A stretch of DNA of 64,000 nucleotides from a virus, in IMG/VR virus record IMGVR_UViG_3300022188_000007, positions 1 to 64,000 of that record; one strand, written 5' to 3'. This document shows, piece after piece, positions 1 to 8,955 of the stretch (positions are counted from its first letter, which is position 1; the number at the start of each line of letters is the position of its first letter). Both the position numbers and the translations under genes were made by a program. Below the pieces are notes generated by a model. It was not told the origin of the DNA. It saw only the letters and a program-made list of their open reading frames with translations, and searched no databases.

Positions 1-361
1 GGGGGGGGGAGGGGGAAACAAAAAGTGAAGGGCAACGAGGCGTATACCTAGCAGCCCGCTTGCCACTTGCCAACAGGTAACTTGAGGGACTCCGTCAGTG
101 GCGGCGGGGGGCCCTATAATGTATACTTGTATATGTAAACAACACTCTTCATCGAGGTGGTCCCTAAGGCTATAAATTTGGGTTAAAATAGGGTTCCGAC
201 CATGATTAACTCGGCGCGTGGTCCCTGTCATTTTATTTTTGATCCAGTTATACAGGTAGTGACCATCATAGTAGTATTATCCTATCTAGTATCTAGTATC
301 TAGTATGTAGAGTAGTATTTATATAAGTAGTAGGTCTTACAACCAGTACTATATAAAAAAA

Positions 362-389
362 GGGGAAAAGGGGAAAAGGGGAAAAGGGG
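362..389 (+). repeat. (GGGGAAAA)3GGGG tandem repeat, a perfect four-tract G-quadruplex motif
   Basis: Read directly as GGGGAAAAGGGGAAAAGGGGAAAAGGGG. Confidence 0.85.
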
Positions 390-495
390 CAAACATGCAT
401 AATTATCTTAGTAATTTAAACAACAAACTCAAACACCTTGAAAGGCACGCCCGCCGAAAAAATATTCTGTTCGGATTATCCCAGTATTTATTTAA

Positions 496-522
496 TAAAC
501 AAACCTATGTATAAATTAGAGG
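496..522 (+). promoter_or_regulatory. Phage-specific upstream motif (putative late promoter), copy 1
   Basis: TAAACAAACCT-atg-TATA..TAGAGG; matches the motif found before about 11 other genes or operons. Confidence 0.6.
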
Positions 523-640
523 ACCTGTTTTTATTTCATGATGGTCACCAGCTATATCTTACTCAGAATTGTAAAAGTTAATTATGGTAGTACCCTGTCG
601 GTGTTAGCCCGCCAGAAAAATATAAAAGGAGAAATAAATT

Positions 641-1897
641 ATGACACAAAATTTAGGAAATTTATTTATTGATGGTGAATTAACGATTGAGGATGAAACT
701 GGTACCCACACTATTACCAATAACGGGGTCTCAGTTAATACAAGTATCAAACAGTTTGGTACAGGCTCTTTGTATTTTGATCATTTAAGTGATTTAACTT
801 TACCAGCAACATCAGCCTTTCAATTTAATTTAGAGGATTTTACTATAGATTTTTGGATAAACTTTATAGATGGGGAAAACGGTAATAGTCATTTGATTGA
901 ACAAAATGATGCAACAACAAGGTGGCAATTTTGGAGGGATGGTACAGTTTGGAGATTTTATACTACAGGTATTGACATTACCATCGCAGACACTATTTCC
1001 AGCGGCGTTTGGTATCATATGGCGTTAGTAAGACATAATGGTATTTTTAGAATCTATAGAGATGGTAACTTACTTAAAGAAGAAACTTCTGAAATAACTA
1101 CACCCATGCCTGCATTTTTAGGTACATTATATATAGGATCTTATAAATCAGGTGATCGGTATCTTAATGGGTATCTTGATAATATTCGTATTACTAAAGG
1201 AGAAGCACTTTGGACAGAAGTTTTTGAACTTGATGAATTATCTCTACTTTATAAAGGATACGCTAACCCCAATAGACCTAACAATATGTCAGAACTTTTT
1301 AATATCAAACAAACTACTATGAGAGGTAAGGCTATCGAAGGGTTTGTTCGGCCAACTATTGGTCAATTCTTCACTAGCAAAGATTTTACTGAGATATTAA
1401 ATGTATGGCCCACAGATTTATTAGACAGTCCTTATTTAGATGATCCTGCCGTGGACGGATTTATAAAAGCTAACACTGTTAATCATACATATACGGCGTG
1501 GAATGGGGACCAAAACCTATATAGACTTGCTTGGGAGGATTTTGGTAGATACCTTGAAAATGGCGCTGGATCAATTAACGGTACCCAATGGGCCCAAATT
1601 GATTTTGGGGTGGGTAAACGAATAAGAAAAGTAGGTTTAGCTGGTTGGGATTCAACTAGTTACCCGGCATATTTAATGCCAAAGACTTTTTTAATAACAG
1701 GGTCCAATGATGAGACTAATTGGACCACGTTACTAGATGGTTCTACTTTGGACATTAGACCCCCAATGATGAGTTGGCAATACATGAATTTAGACCCTAC
1801 TGGTACTTATAGGTATTATAGACTGATATTTACAACTACTCAATATGCAGACGGTGTATGGTGTTCTATGGGTAATTGGAAATTATTTGACAGATAA
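641..1897 (+). CDS. LamG/concanavalin-A-like domain + RPT module + discoidin (F5/8 type C)-like domain; probable virion adhesin
   Basis: FGTGSLYFD, DFTIDFW, WYHMALVR, YLNGYLDNIRITKG are typical LamG_3 motifs. WAQIDFG, PKTFLITGSNDETNWTTL, YRYYRL are typical F5/8C motifs. AAGGAG RBS. Confidence 0.8.
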   Translation: MTQNLGNLFIDGELTIEDETGTHTITNNGVSVNTSIKQFGTGSLYFDHLSDLTLPATSAFQFNLEDFTIDFWINFIDGENGNSHLIEQNDATTRWQFWRDGTVWRFYTTGIDITIADTISSGVWYHMALVRHNGIFRIYRDGNLLKEETSEITTPMPAFLGTLYIGSYKSGDRYLNGYLDNIRITKGEALWTEVFELDELSLLYKGYANPNRPNNMSELFNIKQTTMRGKAIEGFVRPTIGQFFTSKDFTEILNVWPTDLLDSPYLDDPAVDGFIKANTVNHTYTAWNGDQNLYRLAWEDFGRYLENGAGSINGTQWAQIDFGVGKRIRKVGLAGWDSTSYPAYLMPKTFLITGSNDETNWTTLLDGSTLDIRPPMMSWQYMNLDPTGTYRYYRLIFTTTQYADGVWCSMGNWKLFDR

Positions 1898-1925
1898 AAA
1901 ATTAAACATATATACATACAAGATT

Positions 1926-1963
1926 AAAGGGTAGTACTATTAAATAGGTATTACCCTTTTTTT
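1926..1963 (+). terminator. Rho-independent terminator
   Basis: AAAGGGTAGTAC..GTATTACCCTTT stem followed by a T-run. Confidence 0.75.
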
Positions 1964-1967
1964 ATAC

Positions 1968-1995
1968 TTGACAAACCAACTTTAGTACATATAAT
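1968..1995 (+). promoter_or_regulatory. Sigma70-type promoter
   Basis: TTGACA-N16-TATAAT upstream of a run of small genes. Confidence 0.8.
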
Positions 1996-2027
1996 ATAGG
2001 TATACAAAAACAGAAAAGGAGAAAATT

Positions 2028-2249
2028 ATGAGTAAATTTAAATGTTATCTTTATCCAAAAAGAAAGTATAGATCAAAAGCCTGTAAAAATAATAGAGGTA
2101 CAAAACGGTGCAATTCCGCTGGATGTAAGTTATTCCATATAACTAAACCCAAACAAGAAGTATTTCGAGGGGACAATAGAGAACGAGAACATGATATTCA
2201 CGGGCGAGGGTATGACAATAAAGATTTACATGGACCTGGTAATGGCTAA
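2028..2249 (+). CDS. Hypothetical basic protein
   Basis: ORF with AAGGAG RBS directly after the promoter. Confidence 0.55.
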   Translation: MSKFKCYLYPKRKYRSKACKNNRGTKRCNSAGCKLFHITKPKQEVFRGDNREREHDIHGRGYDNKDLHGPGNG

Positions 2250-2279
2250 TAGGCATTTATTACAGAAGAGGGAAAAGCA

Positions 2280-2404
2280 ATGGTAACAAGAATTAAAAAC
2301 AACCTATATTCACATGGTTTGAATGGAACGAATGTCATAAGTGCCATAAAGAGTTCAGAGACTCTAAACCTAAGAAACCATCAGCACCTCCAAAGAAACG
2401 ATGA
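2280..2404 (+). pseudogene. Frameshifted, internally deleted paralog of ORF 4378-4650
   Basis: MVTRIK, then in the -1 frame PIFTWFEWNECHKCHKEFRD..PSAPPKKR; compare MVTRMK..RIFTWFTWNTCHKCCKEFRR..PIAPPKKL. Confidence 0.7.
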
Positions 2405-2571
2405 GTAAAAAGAAGAAGCGCTGCCAAAAGTATATCGATTGTATTGGAGTAGATAACTTAAACCATGTATGTGAACCTCATAAGGATGTTACTAAGTGTG
2501 GTATAAAGATTAGAACAAAGAAGATGTTTAACATACACACTAGGTATTCTTGTTATGAGTGTACTTACTAA
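2401..2571 (+). CDS. Small Cys-rich hypothetical protein (56 aa, below the ORF-track cutoff)
   Basis: MSKKKKRCQKYIDC..HVCEPH..KCG..YSCYECTY; its start overlaps the upstream stop (ATGA). Confidence 0.5.
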   Translation: MSKKKKRCQKYIDCIGVDNLNHVCEPHKDVTKCGIKIRTKKMFNIHTRYSCYECTY

Positions 2572-2582
2572 AAGGAAAAGAG

Positions 2583-2876
2583 ATGATAACAAAAAAAAGT
2601 ACAATAGGTTGGATTATGGTATTAATAATAGGTATAGTATCACTAGCAGCATTCCTGGATTGGATTACTAATGATATCACCAATAGTATTGCTATCAATA
2701 TGGAAATTAAACAAAAAGAAGTAATAGAGAATAAAAGCAGTGTCGACACATTAGGGATAAATACTACTATGACTATAGAAACAGGTAGTCACTTTACTGC
2801 TATTACGAGAGTTCCTGGCGGATTAATTTATAGAACAGGCAGAGGGTGTGTCTTTGTACCAATAAAGGAGAAATAA
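2583..2876 (+). CDS. Membrane-anchored hypothetical protein with RVPGG motif
   Basis: N-terminal hydrophobic helix; C-terminal RVPGGLIY..CVFVP shared with 13795-14058. Confidence 0.6.
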   Translation: MITKKSTIGWIMVLIIGIVSLAAFLDWITNDITNSIAINMEIKQKEVIENKSSVDTLGINTTMTIETGSHFTAITRVPGGLIYRTGRGCVFVPIKEK

Positions 2877-3085
2877 TGGAATATATAACTACATGGACAG
2901 GTACTGAACCTCCACCTTTTGTAATAAAAGTATACACAGCAAAGGAACTAGAGGATAAGGCAATTGAAGATATGCTAAAGGAAGAGCTAAAAGAGTTTAA
3001 ACAATCTAATATTAACTTTTGTACTAAATGTGGATGGCCACTAGGTAGTGATGATGGTTGTGAACACTGTATGGAGGCACTATAA
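2876..3085 (+). CDS. Hypothetical zinc-ribbon protein
   Basis: CTKCG..GCEHC; AAGGAG RBS. Confidence 0.6.
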   Translation: MEYITTWTGTEPPPFVIKVYTAKELEDKAIEDMLKEELKEFKQSNINFCTKCGWPLGSDDGCEHCMEAL

Positions 3086-3534
3086 TGACAGAAATGTGCG
3101 GGAAATGTAAAAGTACGAAGATATTTAGTGGTTCATGGACCCCAAGTAGGTGCTTGAACTGTGGAGCTGGTGAAAGCTATAGTGGTAGCTGGTACTATGA
3201 CGCTACAGCACAACCCTCAATAGCTGAAATAAGAAAGAGAAGTGGGTATAAAGCTAAACCTAAACGAAAAAAAAGAAAAACACCGTCTCCTAAAGAGATC
3301 GTAGTCGAACAAGTAGAGCAAATAACTAAGGAACCCTTCGATGAAGGACTGATGCTATTAAAAGGACTTATGTATTTAGTATTGGGACTTGCATCTATGG
3401 GTGTAATAGGAGTATTTGCTGGACTAGGGGACTATTTATTTGAAGGGGTAGGAGCAGTAATAGGAATATGTGTAGGTTGTTGTTTAGTAGTATTTATATG
3501 GAGGAAACTCAATGTTTCCAGTAATCACTGGTAG
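3085..3534 (+). CDS. Zinc-ribbon + two-TM hypothetical protein
   Basis: CGKC..CLNCG, basic linker, two C-terminal hydrophobic helices. Confidence 0.6.
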   Translation: MTEMCGKCKSTKIFSGSWTPSRCLNCGAGESYSGSWYYDATAQPSIAEIRKRSGYKAKPKRKKRKTPSPKEIVVEQVEQITKEPFDEGLMLLKGLMYLVLGLASMGVIGVFAGLGDYLFEGVGAVIGICVGCCLVVFIWRKLNVSSNHW

Positions 3535-3689
3535 TAATCCAATACTAGATATGTTTATAGTAGCTATGTTTGTAGGTAAGCTATTTATTTCATTCTGGTT
3601 AGTAGGTCTAGGGATATATGCGTTAGCAAGTCTGATGCAGGTAGTATTAACATTTTTTATTAATTCAAAAGTAAATGAGGAGAACTAAC

Positions 3690-3935
3690 ATGCCAACCGC
3701 TATATTAAAAGTAATAGGGCCATACGATGAGGAATGTAATGGAGAATTAATTTGTGAGATGTGTGATGAGTACACAGACGAAGAAAGACTAGAGTACGTG
3801 TTACTAGCATTTAAACATCCAGAAGATGAGAAGGCACTTGTTGCTTCCTATATGAATATGTGTTTTAAATGTAAAGATAATATAATTAATAATTCTACTA
3901 TGAATAGAATTAAGGATACATTTGGAGGTGCTTAA
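3690..3935 (+). CDS. Hypothetical protein with CxxC pairs
   Basis: GAGGAG RBS; CEMC..CFKC. Confidence 0.55.
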   Translation: MPTAILKVIGPYDEECNGELICEMCDEYTDEERLEYVLLAFKHPEDEKALVASYMNMCFKCKDNIINNSTMNRIKDTFGGA

Positions 3936-4052
3936 TGATAGGACTTGCCACTGGAGCACATTTACAATCCCCATCAGGTGTTTACTTCGTACTAGGTATA
4001 TTTTGTGTTTTAATAATCCTAGCAATACTAACAAAAAGTAAATAGGAGATAT

Positions 4053-4400
4053 ATGGATACTAATTATTTTATATTTAAAGACGGTAGGAAAGTACATTCA
4101 TCTGTATTTCATGAATTAGCTAAAGATCTTCCAATATTTTATCTACCTATCACTGAAGACATCATAACAAGTAAATTATATTGGAAAAAAGATACTGTTT
4201 GGGATATGATAGTACACATTAAAAAGGTAGAAAACGCTGATTTTTCTCACCCTATAATTTTAAATAGTGAGGGACTTATAGTAGATGGATGGCATAGGGT
4301 TGTTAAAGCAGTAATTAAAGAGTATGAAACTATAGAAGCAGTACAACTAACAAAAGAACTAGAGGAAAGAATTAAATATGGTAACAAGAATGAAGGATAG
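4053..4400 (+). CDS. ParB/Srx-like N-terminal domain protein
   Basis: HPIIL..IVDGWHRV motif. Confidence 0.7.
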   Translation: MDTNYFIFKDGRKVHSSVFHELAKDLPIFYLPITEDIITSKLYWKKDTVWDMIVHIKKVENADFSHPIILNSEGLIVDGWHRVVKAVIKEYETIEAVQLTKELEERIKYGNKNEG

Positions 4401-4650
4401 CAAAGTATCAGAAAGGATCTTCACCTGGTTTACTTGGAACACATGCCATAAATGCTGTAAAGAATTCAGACGTGAATATGGGTATAAAAGTTTTATACTT
4501 CCTAAATCTAATAATCGTATTATTGATGTATATTTATGTAAAGCTTGTGGTGCTAGCAAAGAACACGCGGATCTGTATTTTTTACGGAAAAGAAAAGAGT
4601 TTGTAGATTATAGACCTCCAGCACCAATTGCGCCACCTAAAAAACTATAA
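4378..4650 (+). CDS. Hypothetical zinc-binding protein
   Basis: CHKCCKEFRRE..LCKAC; Pro-rich tail. Confidence 0.6.
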   Translation: MVTRMKDSKVSERIFTWFTWNTCHKCCKEFRREYGYKSFILPKSNNRIIDVYLCKACGASKEHADLYFLRKRKEFVDYRPPAPIAPPKKL

Positions 4651-4660
4651 GGAGACAATA

Positions 4661-5761
4661 ATGTGGAAAATATGTACAAAGTGTAAAAAACATAAAGCAT
4701 TGTGGGAATTTAATAGAGGTTCTTGGACTTTTAGTACAAAATCTCAATGTAGACAATGTGACGCTTTAGAAAGACAGAAAAACCCTAAACAATATGGAGA
4801 AAAAGAAAGAATATATAATAAAAACTATAGAGAAAAACATGTAGAAAAACTTAAAACGAAGGAAAAAAAGTATCGAGAAAACAATCGAGATCTAATTAGA
4901 GAAGGAGCTAGAAAGTTCAGGATAGCAAATAGAGAAAAAATTAGAGAGTCTCAAAGAGTATATCGAGAAAACAATCGAGATCTAATAAGAGAAAAGGCTA
5001 AAAAATATAGACATAGATATGTAGACACTATTAAAAAATGGAGACTAACAAATAAAGAAAAAATTAGAGTAACACAAAAAAAATATAGACATGAACATCA
5101 GGAAGAAATTAAAAATCAAGAAACAAAGTATAACTATGAAAATAGACATAAAATTAGAGCACGAGCTAAGAAGTATAGTAGAGATAATAAAGATAAAATA
5201 GAAAAATATATAAAAGAAAATTATGAATCTATAAGACAAGTAAAAAAGAATTGGGAAAAAGCTATTGCTAAATACAATACCTATAAAGACAAACTCACAA
5301 TAGAAGAATCCCCTAGATTAGCTGATGATAAAATATCTTTAGAGATTAAATGTAGATATTGTGGTAAATATCATATTACTACTAATAAAAAAATAAGTAC
5401 TAGGGTATATGCTTTAAATACTTTGGGAGAAGGTGAGTATGCTATGTATTGTTCAGATATTTGTAAATATACTTGTCCTATATTCAATAGAGAAACTTTA
5501 ATAGGTGGTAACAGTCTAATAGAAGAGGCCCCAGCATACGTAAGACATTTAGTGTTTAAACTAGATGACTATACTTGTCAAAAGTGTCTTAATACAGAAG
5601 GACCACACGAGTGCCATCACATTAAACCAAAATCATGTGATCCCATGTTATCTGCTGATCCAGACAATTGCATAACTTTATGTAAGGAATGTCATAAAAA
5701 AGTACATAAACAACCAGGATGTACATATCACGAACTAGCTAAATCTAGTATAAATAATTAA
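4661..5761 (+). CDS. HNH homing endonuclease with long helical repeat region
   Basis: D.YTCQKC..ECHHIKP..DNCITLCKECHKKVH; N-terminal CTKC; ~15-aa YRENNRDLIRE-type repeats with an exact 26-bp duplication at 4871-4896 and 4961-4986. Confidence 0.85.
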   Translation: MWKICTKCKKHKALWEFNRGSWTFSTKSQCRQCDALERQKNPKQYGEKERIYNKNYREKHVEKLKTKEKKYRENNRDLIREGARKFRIANREKIRESQRVYRENNRDLIREKAKKYRHRYVDTIKKWRLTNKEKIRVTQKKYRHEHQEEIKNQETKYNYENRHKIRARAKKYSRDNKDKIEKYIKENYESIRQVKKNWEKAIAKYNTYKDKLTIEESPRLADDKISLEIKCRYCGKYHITTNKKISTRVYALNTLGEGEYAMYCSDICKYTCPIFNRETLIGGNSLIEEAPAYVRHLVFKLDDYTCQKCLNTEGPHECHHIKPKSCDPMLSADPDNCITLCKECHKKVHKQPGCTYHELAKSSINN

Positions 5762-5781
5762 GATATATATAAGGAGTTATA

Positions 5782-6048
5782 ATGAGTTATTCAAGATGGG
5801 GAAATAGTTATTGGTACACATATTGGCAAGTACAAAGCGAAGACACTGAAAACTGTGATACAGCAGTATTATGTATATGTAGATTTGAAGAAGATATTAC
5901 TTTTACAGCTAAACAACTAAGAGAAAGTTTAGATAAATGTATCAGTACTGTTATAATGAAGGATAAACGAGCTAGTGAAGAAGAAATAGATGAACTAGCC
6001 ACTTATATGATTAAATTTTTAACTGATGTAGAAGAGGAGTACTCGTAA
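5782..6048 (+). CDS. Hypothetical protein
   Basis: AAGGAG RBS; MSYSRW..WYTYW N-terminus. Confidence 0.6.
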   Translation: MSYSRWGNSYWYTYWQVQSEDTENCDTAVLCICRFEEDITFTAKQLRESLDKCISTVIMKDKRASEEEIDELATYMIKFLTDVEEEYS

Positions 6049-6236
6049 TGGATGTAAAAGAAATAAAAGAAAAAAGAGATCAATTAACAAGAGATATTTA
6101 CCGACTAGTTACTACCTTTCATGTAGAAACAGATGTATACGTAGATGACCTAGGATATAGACTACTAGATATAACTGCTATAAGTGAAACTATTAAACAA
6201 TACACAGTAGAGTTGAATATAGAGATAAAACTATAA
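6048..6236 (+). CDS. Hypothetical protein
   Basis: Start overlaps the upstream stop; GAGGAG RBS. Confidence 0.55.
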   Translation: MDVKEIKEKRDQLTRDIYRLVTTFHVETDVYVDDLGYRLLDITAISETIKQYTVELNIEIKL

Positions 6237-6245
6237 GGAGAAAAC

Positions 6246-6593
6246 ATGTATAACTATAAAGCAACAGTTCTAAGAGTAGTAGACGGGGATACTTTCGATG
6301 CTGTAGTTGATTTAGGCTTTGAAACTGCAGTTAAAAAAAGATTCAGACTAAAAGATATAGATACACCTGAAACGTGGAGACCAAAGACTAGAGCAGAAAG
6401 AGTACATGGGGAATTAGCAACAACTTTCGTTAAAGAATTAATAGAAAACAAACAAATAGTATTAACATCGGTAAAATCGGCGGTATATAATAGATATGAA
6501 GCTTATGTAAAACTAGAAGATGGAAATGACCTAGGAAAACTAATAGTAGATAATGGATTTCAAAAACTAGAGGCTTACGAAGATGGATTATGA
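6246..6593 (+). CDS. Thermonuclease (SNase-like) family protein
   Basis: VLRVVDGDTFD..DLGF..RFRL.DIDTPE motif. Confidence 0.85.
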   Translation: MYNYKATVLRVVDGDTFDAVVDLGFETAVKKRFRLKDIDTPETWRPKTRAERVHGELATTFVKELIENKQIVLTSVKSAVYNRYEAYVKLEDGNDLGKLIVDNGFQKLEAYEDGL

Positions 6594-6861
6594 TAAAGAT
6601 TGGAAAATAGTTGAAAGTAGTTTCTGGTGCAGACATAAACTGGGGGCTACATGCATCTACCATGCCAACCCTAATCATTTATGCGTCAGTGAGAAGTGCC
6701 CACTTAATTATCACCACTATCTAGCTAATAAAATGGAAAGACTAAGAAATAAATTCAAAAAGAAACACGCGGCTGATATTAGAGCTTTTAATCCAGAAAA
6801 AGTACAAGAAGCATGGGATAAAGTACCTAAAAAACATAATAAAAAAAGGAAGAACAAATGA
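6583..6861 (+). CDS. Hypothetical protein
   Basis: Overlapping ORF in the operon; Cys/His cluster. Confidence 0.5.
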   Translation: MDYDKDWKIVESSFWCRHKLGATCIYHANPNHLCVSEKCPLNYHHYLANKMERLRNKFKKKHAADIRAFNPEKVQEAWDKVPKKHNKKRKNK

Positions 6862-7175
6862 TGGAATATATATATGTAATAACACTAATAGTAACTATCT
6901 ATTTAATAGGGTGTGGTGTTTCTATATCAAATAGCACTACTAGTTACCATTGTAAGACTGACTTTTCTAGTGTAGATACTAAATATAGGGATGCTAGACC
7001 TAAGGATGCTTGGGTAGCGATCATATGGCCACTCAGAGTGATAATAGGATCTATATGGCTAATACTATCTATAATTAATGATTTGGTATGCTACCCCTTA
7101 TTATTATTAGGTATTACATATAAGGATACTAAACTATATAAAATAATAGACAAAGCAAGCGACGATAAATTCTAA
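6858..7175 (+). CDS. Hypothetical membrane protein
   Basis: Hydrophobic segments; IYLIG..IIWPL pattern. Confidence 0.6.
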   Translation: MMEYIYVITLIVTIYLIGCGVSISNSTTSYHCKTDFSSVDTKYRDARPKDAWVAIIWPLRVIIGSIWLILSIINDLVCYPLLLLGITYKDTKLYKIIDKASDDKF

Positions 7176-7185
7176 GGAGAACAAC

Positions 7186-7404
7186 ATGGAACTAGAACAA
7201 CGATACGTAGTATTAAAAGAAAAAGATATAAAAAAGTATCTATATAACAATCAAAAGGATAATTTAGTAGATATTTGTGGCGGTATTAATATAGAAAGAG
7301 AGGCAGCTGGTAGAGGTACACTTAAATGTATAGTAATTGAAAAAGACTGGCCAGAATATGAAGTAGTATTAAAACTATTAAGTGAGAGAGTAGACAATGA
7401 ATAA
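7186..7404 (+). CDS. Conserved phage hypothetical protein
   Basis: EQRYVVLK.KD..CIVIEKDWPEYE.V pattern seen in small phage proteins. Confidence 0.65.
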   Translation: MELEQRYVVLKEKDIKKYLYNNQKDNLVDICGGINIEREAAGRGTLKCIVIEKDWPEYEVVLKLLSERVDNE

Positions 7405-7611
7405 AAAAGAAATAGAAGAACTGCAAGAAATATTAGTAGATTACACTAATTTAATAATTGAAGCATGGGTAGATGGTGTAGACAAAGATTATGAGATTAA
7501 GAAAGTAGATAGATTACACACTACATTAGAACGTCTTACTTGAACTCAGTATCATTGCGTAAGTATATTTTAAATTCTTATGTGTGCGTGTATCCATTCC
7601 CTCCTAGATTA

Positions 7612-7657
7612 GGTAAAACTAGTGTTAATTACTACACAGATTAGTACTAGTTTTACC
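7612..7657. other. Intergenic inverted repeat / hairpin
   Basis: GGTAAAACTAGT..ACTAGTTTTACC, perfect 12-bp arms. Confidence 0.6.
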
Positions 7658-7791
7658 ATATACTATTACATGTTTTACACCTTATCTTGTTATATAATAC
7701 CTTAAGTACCTCACATCGTGGTCATATAACCATAGTCTAATTTTGTCGTTAAAAAATCCTTCCCATTATCTGTTTAGCCCCAGCGAAATCT

Positions 7792-7816
7792 TAAACTAAC
7801 CTATATATAGGTGTAG
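7792..7816 (+). promoter_or_regulatory. Phage-specific upstream motif, copy 2
   Basis: TAAACTAACCT-ata-TATAGG. Confidence 0.65.
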
Positions 7817-7892
7817 CACTATATTACACAGCCACATATTTTAATTGAAATATGTGAATAGTTTTAAAATAAACAGACAAAAAGGAGAAAGC

Positions 7893-8921
7893 ATGCGGAA
7901 ATTATCAGGTATTTATAATATAATAAATAATGTAAAGGGGTTATCAAAATTAGGTTATTGTAGACCTACATTAGCTGAAATATTTAATCCAAGTGAGGAT
8001 TTTAAACCTTTATGGTGTGCTGGTGGGGCAATACCTGCCTGGTTTCCACCAGATGAAGATTGGGAAGGTTACCCTGTATGGCCAGGAGCACCTGAAGAGG
8101 AGCCTGACCACTTACCGCCGTATCCCCCTAAATTAGGTGTAATACCTTGGCCTAGTCCAGATATGCCTTATGACGGGAGTGAGGGCGAAGGTGAGGGCGA
8201 GGGCGAAGGTGAGGGCGAGGGCGAGAGTTCTTCGACAGTCCCAATTGCTCCGGTTATATCTGACACATCTATAAATGGGACTACAGCAATAATAGTAGTT
8301 ACTCCTGATGTAACAGCTGACCCTGTAGTTACACAATATACAGCAACATCTTCACCTGGAGGACTTACAGGTACAGTAACTAATGTAGATGACCATTTTA
8401 CTAGCGGTACAATTAGTGTGGAAGGACTTACTAGTGGTGTAAATTATACATTTACAGTTACCTCAACTAATGCTATAGGACCTAGTACAAGCAGTATACC
8501 TAGTAATTCCATTTTAGCCGGTGATACTGGCAACAATATAAAGTTTAAAGTCTCTGACAGTAATATGGAAACTTATATGGTTCAAGGAAATGATGGTGTA
8601 GGTAGTTCTGTACTCTTTTATGAGAATCAAAGCCCAACAACATTCCCTTTTGATTATGCTTACGATACAAAACCCGTCAACTTTGAATTTAGTAATGTAT
8701 TAAATACTAATTATAGTAGTTTAGTTTCAAAAATAGAACTACTTGAATCCAATATTTGGGTGGACCGTACCAATTCAATTAATTGGAATGCGTTTGGTGA
8801 TATAAGTTGGACAGGTGCTGCTTGGGATATGTACGGCGATGCTAGATTAGAAATAGCTTTTGGTGATGGTTCTTATAGACCTATGCAAATTAGACTTACT
8901 TATTCTATTTCTTTAATATAA
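7893..8921 (+). CDS. RPT module + Pro-rich/(GE)n linker + fibronectin type III domain protein
   Basis: ATG at 7893 follows an AAGGAG RBS. FN3 motif YTATSSPGG..ISVEGLTSGVNYTFTVTSTNAIGPS..SN; (GE)7-type run. Confidence 0.75.
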   Translation: MRKLSGIYNIINNVKGLSKLGYCRPTLAEIFNPSEDFKPLWCAGGAIPAWFPPDEDWEGYPVWPGAPEEEPDHLPPYPPKLGVIPWPSPDMPYDGSEGEGEGEGEGEGEGESSSTVPIAPVISDTSINGTTAIIVVTPDVTADPVVTQYTATSSPGGLTGTVTNVDDHFTSGTISVEGLTSGVNYTFTVTSTNAIGPSTSSIPSNSILAGDTGNNIKFKVSDSNMETYMVQGNDGVGSSVLFYENQSPTTFPFDYAYDTKPVNFEFSNVLNTNYSSLVSKIELLESNIWVDRTNSINWNAFGDISWTGAAWDMYGDARLEIAFGDGSYRPMQIRLTYSISLI

Positions 8922-8955
8922 ATCACTATTACTCTGTTGAGGTAAAATACTATTT

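Larger units (their letters stand above)
1..640. other. Non-coding, locally GC-rich, repeat-laden region at the window start (possible genome terminus or packaging/origin region)
   Basis: No ORF of 60 aa or more. G-runs at 1-15. GTGGTCCCT at 157-165 and 218-226. (TATCTAG)x3 at 283-303. Inverted pair GTGACCATCAT 259-269 / ATGATGGTCAC 538-548. GCCCGCC..AAAAATAT at 449-465 and 607-623. Confidence 0.5.

Noticed and set aside
7612-7657. c-di-GMP or other riboswitch in the 7545-7790 intergenic region
   Set aside because: It is a single AT-rich hairpin without the GNRA loop, receptor and second stem expected of a GEMM motif.
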